Shown here: piece by piece, positions 10,334 through 22,300 of the stretch
Layout: each line of letters opens with the position of its first letter
How positions within the stretch are numbered: position 1 is the first letter of the stretch
From: Choristocarpus tenellus KU-1152
Lineage: Eukaryota > Protista > Phaeophyceae
Reading direction: 5' to 3'
Assembly (NCBI GenBank): GCA_964200185.2
Contig: CAXNAD020000033.1
Span: 1 to 40,041, forward strand
Length of the DNA stretch: 40,041 nt
The notes under the pieces: model-generated
The model's database searches: none
Seen by the model: the letters and a program-made list of their open reading frames with translations, nothing else
Told to the model about the DNA's origin: nothing
Translations under genes and position numbers: made by a program

Positions 10334-13300
10334 ATGGAGAAAGTAAGTCGAGCTTGCACCAGGAGAAGGAGAGGTCACAACCTAGCAACTATGATGGGCA
10401 TACTGAGCATCACAAGAGCGAGTGGCTTTGCCATGCGTGCAGGCGCTGGTGTTCCGTTGGTACGAGGGAGAGGGATTGCAAGCTTTGTCTATGGCGAGGT
10501 AAATATATTCTGCTCTCGTCTGACCTCATGCAATACCCTTTTGAGTACCTCTTCCGTACTAGGAACTGATCAGCCCCTCTCTCGTGATAGAGGAACCCTT
10601 GTTTTTTTCTCGAGAACTTGATCTTCCCCCAGAATTCGGGAAGAGACGGGTATTGCTCTACAAACTTGCTGAAAATTCGCAAGAATATAACCCCTTCATC
10701 TTACATCAACAGATTGGTGCAAGATCAAGTTGCAAGGGACCTATGATGTCGACTTTGGAAGAGACTACGGACCCACAGACACCATCAGTCGTGGTGAGTG
10801 TGTCGAGATGTAAGCAGGTGTGAATCGATTTAGCAGCTTGTATTGGTTTGGTAGACCGTGTACCATGCCTTGTGATTGAACTGGTGACCTATTTTTCAAA
10901 ACGTCCAAGTGGTAAAAGCTAAAATAAACCAATTTGTTGCATTGATTGTGTACCTTAATCCTAATGCAGGATGTGCCATCTAACGTTAACAAATTGAGAT
11001 CTTGGATGTCGTCGGTCGAAGTGGATGCCTTCATCGTCCCCTCAGACGACCCTCACCTCAGGTTTGTGGCGATTTCCTCGAGCTACGACCTAATCGCTTT
11101 TAGTCAACTCCAGAGATTTATGCCTTTCTAGAGTCATTGTATTCCTGCTGTGATTTGTGTACTTCATGCTTCCAAGTGTACAAGCATTTAAGTTACACGC
11201 TTAAATAATTCCTAGGTAGGTATTCTCGCTCTAAGGGCTCTGCCACTGGTTGCTGAGGGCTTTGCAATTTTCATCACTGTATTTCTGTTGCTGATCGACT
11301 CCTAGAATGAGCTGTGAAGTGTTTTGTTGGTAGTTTCCAATCGTTCTGTTTTTCTTGTCCTGGAAGACTTCTTGTGCTGTGGATTGATGTAACAGAGCAA
11401 TGCAGTGCTTGGTTGTGCTCCCGCCTATCCCTCTCCGTATCACCCACCGTCCAGGGGACAGTTTTTTGAGTGCAGGCGGTTGTCCAATTGTAGACAAATT
11501 GCATTTTTCACACATGAGCAGCAGGCATCATCATTCTTTTGCATTTGTTGGCCTTGGTCGATCTGCAATGAGTCAAGGTATTTTCACTCTTGCTAAAGAT
11601 AATACACTTCAAGCTACAGTCGTGCTGAGGGGAGATTCCTTGTAGCACTAGGTACATGGACTATCTGTACAGTATCTACCCTCTATAGCTTAAGGGTATT
11701 GTCATTTTTCTCTCCTCTTCTTGATATCTATTTTGTTGCTTGAGCTTGATTTGTGAGACTCGTATTACTTTTCACCCATCAGTTTGTAGCCCCAAAACAT
11801 GTTGCCTTAAGAGTTACTTTCATGAACAGAATTTACAATTTGGTGTTTCTTCTTGTTTGTGTTGGTGGGCAATACTGTCATCTGACATGCCAATTTTCCT
11901 CACAGAATGATCTGAGAAGCATTGCCCATTCCTTTTGTCTGGCATCCTTTAGTGAGTACTCTGCAGAGTGCTTTAACCGTAGAGCATTCATCTCTGGCTT
12001 CACTGGGTCTGCTGGGACAGCAGTTATCCTCCAAGATGAGGTGAGCAATGTAGAGTCCTTGAGGACAGTAACCATAACTTTTGTGCACTGTTTACTTAAC
12101 TATGTATTTATTTAGAGTTCCTCACAAACAGTAGGTTGCATGCAGCAACATGTTTTGGAAGTTCTCCACACCATCCCTTCTACGTAGACAAACATCCTTT
12201 CGTGCCACAAACAACACAGGCTCTTTTATGGACAGATGGTCGATACCACGTGCAAGCTGAACAGCAACTGTGTGATGGCTGGACCTTGATGAAGGCAGGC
12301 AAACCTGGTGTTCCATCCATATCGGCCTTTCTGGCAAAGCGTCTTTGTGCTGGAGCTCGTGTTGGTGTGGACCCCTTTGTTCACTCAGCTGCTTTTGCTG
12401 AGGGACTGATGAAGGCAAGATTTCCCAACCATGTTTGCAACCTGAACTATCTTGTTTTGAGCATTGAGTGTAGGCTATTCAATCAAGAAGATGCGTCAAT
12501 TGAAAATAGCCAACAAAGTAAACATAGACATTACCATTTGGTTTGTTCGTGGCTTATTCATATTCAAATTGATAACAAGCTTCCGGATTATCAAACGATA
12601 CTATCTACAGTGGTTCTCAGTCCAGGCTCCAAGAAATGTATTTGTGGAACTACAAATCAAGTTAATTTGTCCCACCAGTGCCACTGGTGATCATCATTTT
12701 TGGAATGAGATATAACCGCCCCTTGTCTTCCAGCACATAGAATTTTCCCACATTTAGTGTCATGTACAATTTTCAAATATATGTGGACACCAAGTCTTTT
12801 TTTTTGAGATTTTCATTTCTTAATTCAGTGCTGACCATATGGTAGATAAGAAAATCAGTCAGTTGTAGGGGCTGAAGGGCTATGCCTAAATCGTGTATAA
12901 AAAGGGTGTGATGGAGTCTGGATTTGTCTGAACTTGATGGTAAATCTCTTGCCTTCGTTGCAATTTGAATGTTTTGGAGATACCACTGCATGTTATAGAT
13001 GGATGGTTTTACATGTCAATTAAGGGGTTAAATGTATGGGAACAACAGGGCCAGCATGGGCTGCGACAAACAAGATTTGAGCAGCACTTCAACAGATCCA
13101 TTTCATGGAGGTTAAACGGGCAGTTGCGTGTAGGGTTAAAGTGGTCAACGGGGACAGTTGCGTGTAGGGTTAAAGTGGTCAAGGGGGACAGTTGCTGGCT
13201 AAGATATACTAGCAAGGTTTAGAGAAGTAGTTTGACGTGGAGGATATGAACAGAGACAAACGATCACACCAAAGCGTGTGTGGTAAATTAATTAATGTAT

Positions 13301-16300
13301 TGCAGTCAAAATTAAAGTAAGGCCAATGAAGGAACAATATTGATGTAATAGTACCCAACAGATCTACCTTCCAGTTAGAAGTCTGAATGTGCTGCAAGAC
13401 AAATATTATTTTATTTATACTTCCTCTGTTCGGAATTAAATGTAACATAAACTTTACAAGCTCCATTCCTTCTTGGGAATGACCCATGCGATAAACCCTC
13501 TGGATGAGACTTGGTTCTCATATAGATTGGGAAGCACACAAAGTTGGTTATGGTGGGCTGTCATCACTATGGAGGGGGAGGATCTTGTCAGTACAAAGTC
13601 GACCAAATCACATTTCACAGGGATCAAAAACCTCATGAAACTGTCAAAGTAGGTGTTTATTGGGATGCCTAGGATGAACATCCCCCATTGTTTGAGCAGC
13701 TCGCTCATCCTGTTGTCACCCTTCAGTCTCAATTCTTTGACCCAGAAGTCTGTCTGAGGTCAGGATGCAAACATCCCAACAAAGAATAACATGGCACAAT
13801 GCCTAGAGGTGAGAGGGCACAAGACTTAAATGGCTCAGGGGATGACAGCAGCCATCACGGAGGACTTTGGAATTTCCCAAATCACTGTGTTCCATCATGT
13901 GAAGGAGTATGACAGTCAGGTCGCATGGTGTGAATGTATTGACCTTATACAACGTCGCAAGGGGCAATGTGGCCACTGTACAAGTATCCTCTATGTTTGG
14001 GATGTCCTGTTGGTACACCACACATACTTATGAAAATGGGCAGCCAAAGCTGGGAGATCCCTTGCCTCGTTGTGGGATCTATGCAAACACAAGAAAGTGA
14101 AGGTCAAGTGATGGATTAAGTCAGTCCTCTCAGACTAGCAGAAAGTCAACAGGGTGGGTTTTGTGATCAGTCACACGTACAGGAATGGGGGGTATTAGTG
14201 GACAATCTATATGACTGGGTGCATGTAGAGAAGTGGTTTTACATCCTCAAAGATGGGTAAGGTGTGTACCTGCACCCCACTGAGGATCCTCCCAAACCCC
14301 CCACACCCACAGGATAAGCAATATATCGCAAAGGTAATGTTCCTTGCAGTTGTGGTCTACCCTAAGAAGCTCTCCAAGGTGGTACGGTTCAATGATAAAA
14401 TCGGGATCTGGTCAATCATGGACACTAAGGTTGCTCAGCACTCCAGCAAACACTGACTCATGGGCACCAAGGTGCTTGTGCCAGCCACAGTGGACAGGGA
14501 GAGGTATAAGAAGCCTATGATTGAGAATTTCATCCCAGCAATGAAGGTCCACATTCCTAGGCCAGAAGGACACACCATCTTCGTCCAGCATGATGGGGCA
14601 AAGTCACACACCAAGGGGGGCATCATGAAGCCAATTGATTAGGCGGCGGCAGGGTACAACATGGTCATATGGACCCAGCCAGTCAACTCACCTGATCTCA
14701 TCATCAACAACCTCGGATTCTTTCATTCCATCCAGCAACTGAAGGAAGACATGGGGGTGGCCAACATAGAGGAGAGCTGGTGGAGGTCACAATGGAGGTG
14801 TTCAATGTGTACCCCAGAGACACTGGAACGCTTCTGGCAGAGCTTCTTTGCTGTCTATGGTGAAGTGCTGGGGTCTAAGGGTGACAATGTCTTCAAAATT
14901 TCCCATCGTAGCAAGGAAAAGGCTGAGAAGGCGGGCAAGTCCCCCCTGAATGCCCGGGTGGATGGGGTGAAATACTGTACTGGAATGAAATATTGGAGGG
15001 CTTTGGAGGCAGAATCATAAATAGGTGTAGGCTGCCCCATTTTGTTTGAGATTTTGGTGGTCAACCTTTTAGTGTTTGCACAGTACACCCACAAAATGTA
15101 TGATCATGTGAGAAAAATCTTGATTCTTCGTCAGAACTGCAAAAAATTTGTTACTTTTAATTCCGATTGGAGGAAGTACTTATTTATTTTCCAAAAAACG
15201 TTTGGTACTGGTGTGTGCACCTCAGGTGTCTGTAGTTCAAGTACCAAACAAATCACAACTGAACTGGACTGGGAACTGTATCAAGAAGTTTGATATTTTT
15301 GCTGGTGACGGGTCCAACAGAATGGAATTACCAGGAAGGATCAGAATGAGACTGGGGTGCTGTTGGAGTGTGTTGGGCTGGTAGGGTAATGCCTTTGTAG
15401 AAAGACTACTAGTAGTGCTTCATGTGTAGGGTAGAGGTACAAGGTAATAGGTCCAGCACAGTGTTTTGTAACCACCAGTGAGAGAATTTTGTTCATCGTT
15501 TAAACCAATACATAAAATACTCTACAACAGTATACACTAAGCTATATATAATTGTGAGACACTCTGTTGGTGCATGTCAATTCTGTATCGGTTGTTGACT
15601 GAATGGCGTTACATATTCTTGTAGAATTAGATCCTAAGCAATGGTTCCACTTTCCATGAGAGTGTCATTGAAGTTTTTTGTTTTTGACAAGATGTGACTC
15701 AAATGTTAAATTTTATTTATAGCGGTTGGTTCAGTGCAAATTGTGAAACCAAATTGGCTTGAGGCTCTCTGGGTGGTAATGCACATCATTGTTAGGCTTT
15801 TTTTAAGTTTAAATGACTACTAAAATTGCCTCAATCCAACAATTTGAATTAGGTTCAATGGAGCACACTTTGTTCAGGTATGACTATTGAAGCAGGAAAT
15901 TGTGTCAAATTCTTATTAGTTGTGTTATTTGTTGAATAAATAACATGAAAGTTGATGCAAGCACTTTATATTATTATTCCATTTAAATAGGACATGCTGT
16001 TCTTATTCTGAGACATGTTATTCATATTGACAGCTGCTAATCAATGAGAATCTCTGCTGTTGAGCTTGTCGAATGAGAGGTCAATTCTCAATCTCTGTGA
16101 TCCCAATTTGGGTAACATTTTACTACACTCCACATGAGTCTCTCAGGAAAGCTTTTGAAGGTGTTGATTTTCAGCAAATTGGCTACAAAAAGCTCATGCC
16201 TTTTCAGACACAAATCAGCACTCAACACTCCATTGCAGCCAGCTCTTAGATATCATGCCTTACATCAAAGTAACACAGACTGCAAAGATTGCGACAAGGA

Positions 16301-19300
16301 GATGATGGCATGAGAGCACCACAAAGGGGGCTCCAGGATTGTCACACGGAATGATTTTATGATACTACAAAGCACTACAGAGAACATCGAAAAGACAATA
16401 GTGAGCTTCATAGCCAACTCTACCATGTATACAAACCTGACAGTTGATGAGGGCCTTAGACTGGATTGGTAGTTTAGTGATCTAGCCTTCAGCCTGACCC
16501 TGTTGAAACATATTTAGGGTTAGGGTTGGCACACAATCTGACCCCATTACAATATATGACAAACCTGGATAAACAAGGAGGTGAACCAGGCCGACCCAGT
16601 CAAAGCACATCAGCCTGGCCCCCATATTTCCCAAGCACATGTAACACATCTGCAGATATGGTAGGTTAATAACCAAAAACCTAGAAAGGGAAATGTTATC
16701 AGTACTTGCTTCTATTTTTTAGAAACTTTGACACGATGAAGGTGTGTGTAGGTACTAGTCATTGAATGACCCATGGAAAATGGGTCGGGTAAGACTCTTT
16801 CTAAGGTCTTATTTTGGTAGGTGGAGGTTCACTGCAACCTTGACCAAGATAATATTGATTGTGATCATACAGTTGCCCTTGTGTGTCCCTGCTTAGATGC
16901 TGCCATCCAAAGGACTGCCTGACATGTAGAATGTTGATATGCATTTGATATGAGAGTGTCATACTATGAGAGGGATTATGATGTTTTACATTGTTAGCAG
17001 TCACTTTGTTTACTGGGAGTTAGGGTTAGGGTTAGTAATAACACCTCGAAATATGTGATAAATGGAATGATGCTCAGCAGCCCTGTGTGAATATTTGATT
17101 GACAAAAAGAGTTGGTTCCAGACTTACGCCATTGTATTTGGACTGTTAAAGTAGTCCAATTGCTAGAGGTAAGGAGTGTTACGAATTGTAAGTTATTTAA
17201 GGTCCTTTGAGGACACACCACACTAGTGGTTGGGGGAATTTTTGTGTCCTTTGAGGATTGTGCAGCCCATAGTAAATTTATATTCAACAGATGCCCTTGT
17301 GCAAATACATCGACCAAGATGTCAGACTCTTGAAACAGACTAAACATCAATATGCAGACAACCAAAATGTGTACTGCAGACTTTTAATCTTAATGCCCTC
17401 GTCCTCAGGAGTTCAAGGCAAAGAGCATTGAGCTTTCTCCTCTTGAGCACACCGGTGGAGGAAATCCTGTGGATAAGATATGGGGATCCAAACGTCCCAG
17501 CCCTCCACAAGAGCCAGTGCGAGTACATGAACTAAAATACGCAGGAGAGACAGTGCAGAACAAACTCGAAAAGGTGTCAAGTTATGTCTTCATACAACTA
17601 TCTTTCCACTGCTGGTATGACCATAAAATCAAAGATATCCAGTGACGTTACTATTTTCTATTATTTTATTGAAAGTACATACACTTTCTTTTTAACATAC
17701 TACTAGATCTACTTTGGTTACAGCTACCTTCTAATCAATATCATCCCTGATTTCAAACATTTGAAGGTTTCTGCTGCATTGAGCAAGGAAGGTACAGATG
17801 TTCTTCTGGTTTGCATGCTGGATGAGGTGAGGATGTGACATGTATCGTTTTATTGAGTATGAAAGGTGTTTACTGAAAGACTGCTTGAACACTTGACAAC
17901 ATGATGCAGAGTGAGAATAGGAAGGAGGGAAGCAAGGGGGAGGGTCAGGCAAGCTATTTATTGCCTTCTAGAATCTAGACCACAGGTGCAACAACTGGTT
18001 TGATGGTGTACCAGAAAATATACTCTATATGCACATGTTTCATCTATACTCGAGTAGTGTGATACCTTCTGTACCATCTCTGTGTCCATTCAAGTGCCAG
18101 CCAAGATAATCAATGGCAAAAGCTGACACATCCACAGCCAGCATTACACATTGCAGACATAGATCCTGAGCATTACCTCGCTCAAGGCTGGGATGAGATT
18201 GTCACTTGTCTCTATTTCTAAGTATATTTGTCAAGGTAACAATGGATGCTTTTATACAGAGGGTGAAATAGAAAGATGTACTATAGACATTTACTGTACA
18301 GTGCAACCAGGGCTCCCGGCCTTTTAGAAAGATCAAAGAGCAACTGAGGACTGAATACTTGATGACTTGTTAGAATATATGTTATCGACTTTTCTTTGAA
18401 GAGACGATTTTCTTCCTGACTGAGCCTCCCCTGTTTTTCATTGGACAACCCTTTACCTTTGCCAGTAACACAGTCCTCACACCTTTTTTTTAGAGAAAAA
18501 TGGTGCAAATGGTTCTAACACAATTCTTATTTTGTGGAGTTCAAACTTGTATTAATATTAATATTACTACTTGATGTGGACACTTCATGTGAACCAATGG
18601 TGTAGGTTTTCCTCTACACAGGGGATATCAGGTTAACTTAGTAAAATGTTTCTGTTGCACTTGAAGTCTTTGCTATTATTAGGGTGCTATTTTAATAGCA
18701 GAGACCTCTTGCAAGTTTGATTGGTACTGTGACAAACACCAATTTTGGAATGCATACTCACAGTCATCATCAAGCAACATGTTGTGTGTAGCAGAAGAAC
18801 CTATGTATTATGGATGTCTTTTGAGGATGCCATCTGATATATTCCACATTCAGCACAGAGAATGGATGCATGGGGTTGAGAAAGACACTCACAAGTCACA
18901 ACATGCAAATATATCTGTGCATAAAGTTGATGTACACATCGACAAACTTTTCTATTTACAATGATGCAATAATAGTGCAGGTCCTTCAGGAACAAGTCCT
19001 ACTCCTTGTAGTGGAGACTTCAACTGAGGCGCTTAACTACACATTTCACTTTTATAAAATCAAATCATACAGGTGGCATACCTTCTCAACATTCGAGGAA
19101 GCGATGTGACTCACTGTCCTGTGACCATGGCCTATGCACTGGTGTCTGCTGATGGGAGTGCTAGTCTTTTTGTTGACAAGGACAAGATAGATGAAGGGGT
19201 TAAGGCAGAGCTAGAGGTGAGCTAGTTTGATAGGAAGGTTTCCACACAACTTTGATTTTCATTAGTGTTTTAACGTTTATTCCTCAAGAGGCGGTGTCGT

Positions 19301-22300
19301 GAATTGTAGGAACTGGATTGCTATGTTTTTATTATTATTGTGATTGATTGAAATCAAAATCTAAGAGTCCCAATATTTGTTTATTTCTTATGCCTCTACT
19401 TTGGAGCTGTAGACCACATGACCAACCTCAATATTGATAAGGTATAAAAACCTCTATGAGTCCATGGTGAGCCTTGACTTTGCCCAGTTACTTTGAGGAC
19501 ATGGGTGTGAGTATCTCAATCAAGAGTATGATGTTGATCCCTCTGCTAGATATACCCTCCTGAAAGTGAGGGACAAAGCAAGGAAGGAAGACCAACTATG
19601 GAATAAAAACAGTCAAGAGTCTGATATAACCCAGTTTGAGCATGAGCAGCAGAAAATGGCATGTATGAAGGGGTAATGAGAAATGATGAAGCCCAATGAG
19701 TCAGGGGCTGACATTTGGCACTTCTTTAGAGTGTACACAGGTGGGAGATTGCCTAATGCACTCTACCTGCATCCTCAATCTAAGTGAGAAATAGCACTTT
19801 TCAAGGGCTGAGATCAAATTGTGTTAGTGTTATTATTTTCAAGTCAATGACTAATTGAAGAATTCACCTTCTAAGCTAGCTTCAAGCTCAGGTGCAGGGA
19901 CGCTTTTCTTGTTTTTATTTATTTTTAGGATTAGGGTTAGGGTGTGAAGAGGAGGAAAGTGTCTGGGTCACGGTCAGCAGCATATGACGTTTTTTTCAAG
20001 GCTAAGGCACCAGAGTGGGTCACTCTCTGTAACACTTAATTGTGATGGACTATTATACTTGTAAAGTTATCTATCTTAGATATCACAATGCATGAAGGTA
20101 TTGGTAAGAATAGTGTATATTGTAGTGGGAAAAAATAGCATGTAACGAAGATAGTAATATTAATAAATCACCATCGGCAGAACCCGTCATAGTGGTGAGG
20201 GTCTTGTTGCCTCATGCTCATATTGCATGTTCCGGTTAGAATTGAGTACAGTGATTGGGTTTTTGATGATTTCAGTTAATAATATTTTTTTCAATTTCAC
20301 AACTCTAGCAAGGGGAGTTTGTTCATCTATGCTTTCCACGTATGTATGTATTATGTGTGTATTGTGTATGAGATCATGGAGTGCAGGCTTGCATCTCGTC
20401 TGTTGCCACTTTCAACATTGGAGAACCAATCCCCTGAATGGAGGTCAACACAGGGTCAACACAACGACTGTTACTGTTCCCTCCCAATCCACAATGGGAT
20501 GTTGTTGAGAACATTATACCATTGTGATTTTTAGTCAACTCAAATTCAGTATGGATTGTAGTGGGTATATTTGATGAAGTAGTTATTTGTGTGCATAGAA
20601 GCTTTGTTTCTTCTGGCTTTCAACTGTTTCACATTTTGTGTAATTCTGGTCTTATTTCCAGTACCTGCCAGTGTTGTTTTGTGTGTCTGTGTGTGTGTGC
20701 AAGCTGGTGGTTGGTTTGGAGTATGCATCAAGTTTTCATCAAAATTATTATATCTTATTTCAGGCCTCTCATATTTGTAAGGACAAAGGTGGTTGACCTG
20801 TAGCAAGGCTATTTTTTAGCATGTGTCAACCATGGACAAAAAATACACCATGTTGGATCAGAGCTTTTTTAGGGGCAAGAAAACTGTTTTACTATTTTTT
20901 GTCTGTGGGTAGGTTGCATTCCTTTTGTCATATGAATCTCAGGTTGAGCAAATCATTCATGTATTTGTAGGATAGTCTGTGGATCATGTGGTTGACTGTA
21001 TGAACATTCCTTCATCTTCTGAACACTTTATGGTTAGCATACTTGAAATCCATTACATGGAAGGTCCTGAGAGTATGAAGTTACAATCTGTGTTAGGCAA
21101 ACCTTTCCCCTCATTCTGGTGCTGTCCAACAGCTCACAGACCAGTGTATGAAATGTTGTCAGTGTGTGTGTGTGTGTGTGCAGTACAGCACACAAGAATC
21201 ACTGTGTCAGAAGCCCCTGAGATATCTATCATTTCTTTCAGGAGTGCTGCACACTGCATAGTCTTACAAACCACCTATAATAAATATTCACAGCAGTAGA
21301 GGTAACCAAGTCCCTTGAGCCTTTCTAATCCTGTGCAAAAGAGCTTGAACCAGATCATAACCACAATAGTGTTTTAAACAGTCATCAATGACCATCAAAT
21401 TATCAGGTCCTGCAGCACTAACTATACAGTCCCCACTAAAAAGAAAAAGTGTATCAAGGTTATCTGGTATCTGACTTTTTTTTAAATGTTTGTTTTTGTC
21501 GTATAGAAAAAAAAATAGGACTCTTTTACCATTTTACTGATACCTATTAGTAGCATTAATGCATAATAATAATAATAATAATAATGCACTATGAATGATA
21601 TATTCCGACACCTCCAAAAATCACCCCTTGAAAATTGTGGTTATAGTGTTTATGGTCTATAGACAAATGTGATTTACTCTGCATGTTACGGGCACACAGG
21701 CGTGCTCTGTGAACATCTACAATTACAATGAAGCATTGGATGCCGTACGCCAGCTGTCAGATGCTGGGAAGCGCTTCTGGATTGACCCAGAACGTGTCAA
21801 CTTTGCCCTCCACAACATTGTTCCAAAGGACAGGTGATGTTACCTGCTACACAAATCATCACACACACCACCTGCATGTACGTATGCTGTAAAGTACTTG
21901 AAAGTACAAAATTTGGAAAGTGTCTTCCACAAACATATGCCACAAATTATATCCTTATCTTGCTTTTAATTTTGTGAGATCCATTATTGTTGGTCCAGCT
22001 TACACAGTCACATAGACTACCCTGTATTTCTAATGTGTATAGTGGCATCATTTGCACATGCCACATCGACATCCTCTTCCTTCCCTGATTATTTCAGAGT
22101 GGTTACCAAGCCATCCCCAATTACATTGGCAAAGGGTATCAAGAATGAAGCTGAGCTTGAGGGCATGAGAGTAGCACATGTGAGGGATGGAGTGGCCATG
22201 GCACATGGACTGGCAATGCTGGAAAAAGAAGTAGGAGCTGGGAAACTCATATCAGAGGTGGATGTGGACAGATTGGTCACCTCCTTCAGAGCAAAGCAGG

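Larger units (their letters stand above)
12585..15300. mobile_element. older long-TIR (foldback-like) non-autonomous element, right arm split by the mariner insertion
   Basis: Inverted matches 12613-12625 with 15264-15276, 12588-12595 with 15288-15295, and 12723-12738 (ttgtcttccagcacat) with 13387-13402 (atgtgctgcaagacaa, 15/16). Confidence 0.55.

Noticed and set aside
9778-10569. Longest ORF in the track (263 aa, plus)
   Set aside because: It is antisense to zinc-finger exon 1, crosses the promoter, overlaps aminopeptidase exon 1 out of frame, has no ATG at its start and no recognisable motif; a shadow ORF.
13121-13195. CRISPR-like repeat
   Set aside because: Head-to-tail units without spacers, eukaryotic intron context, no cas genes.
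13454-13732. Second, divergent gene inside the mariner
   Set aside because: 92 aa, no motif or splice support; probably chance.
12712-15612. Alternative mariner TIR pair (12712-12780 / 15550-15612)
   Set aside because: Only patchy similarity; a much better TIR pair with TA TSD lies at 13420 and 15176.
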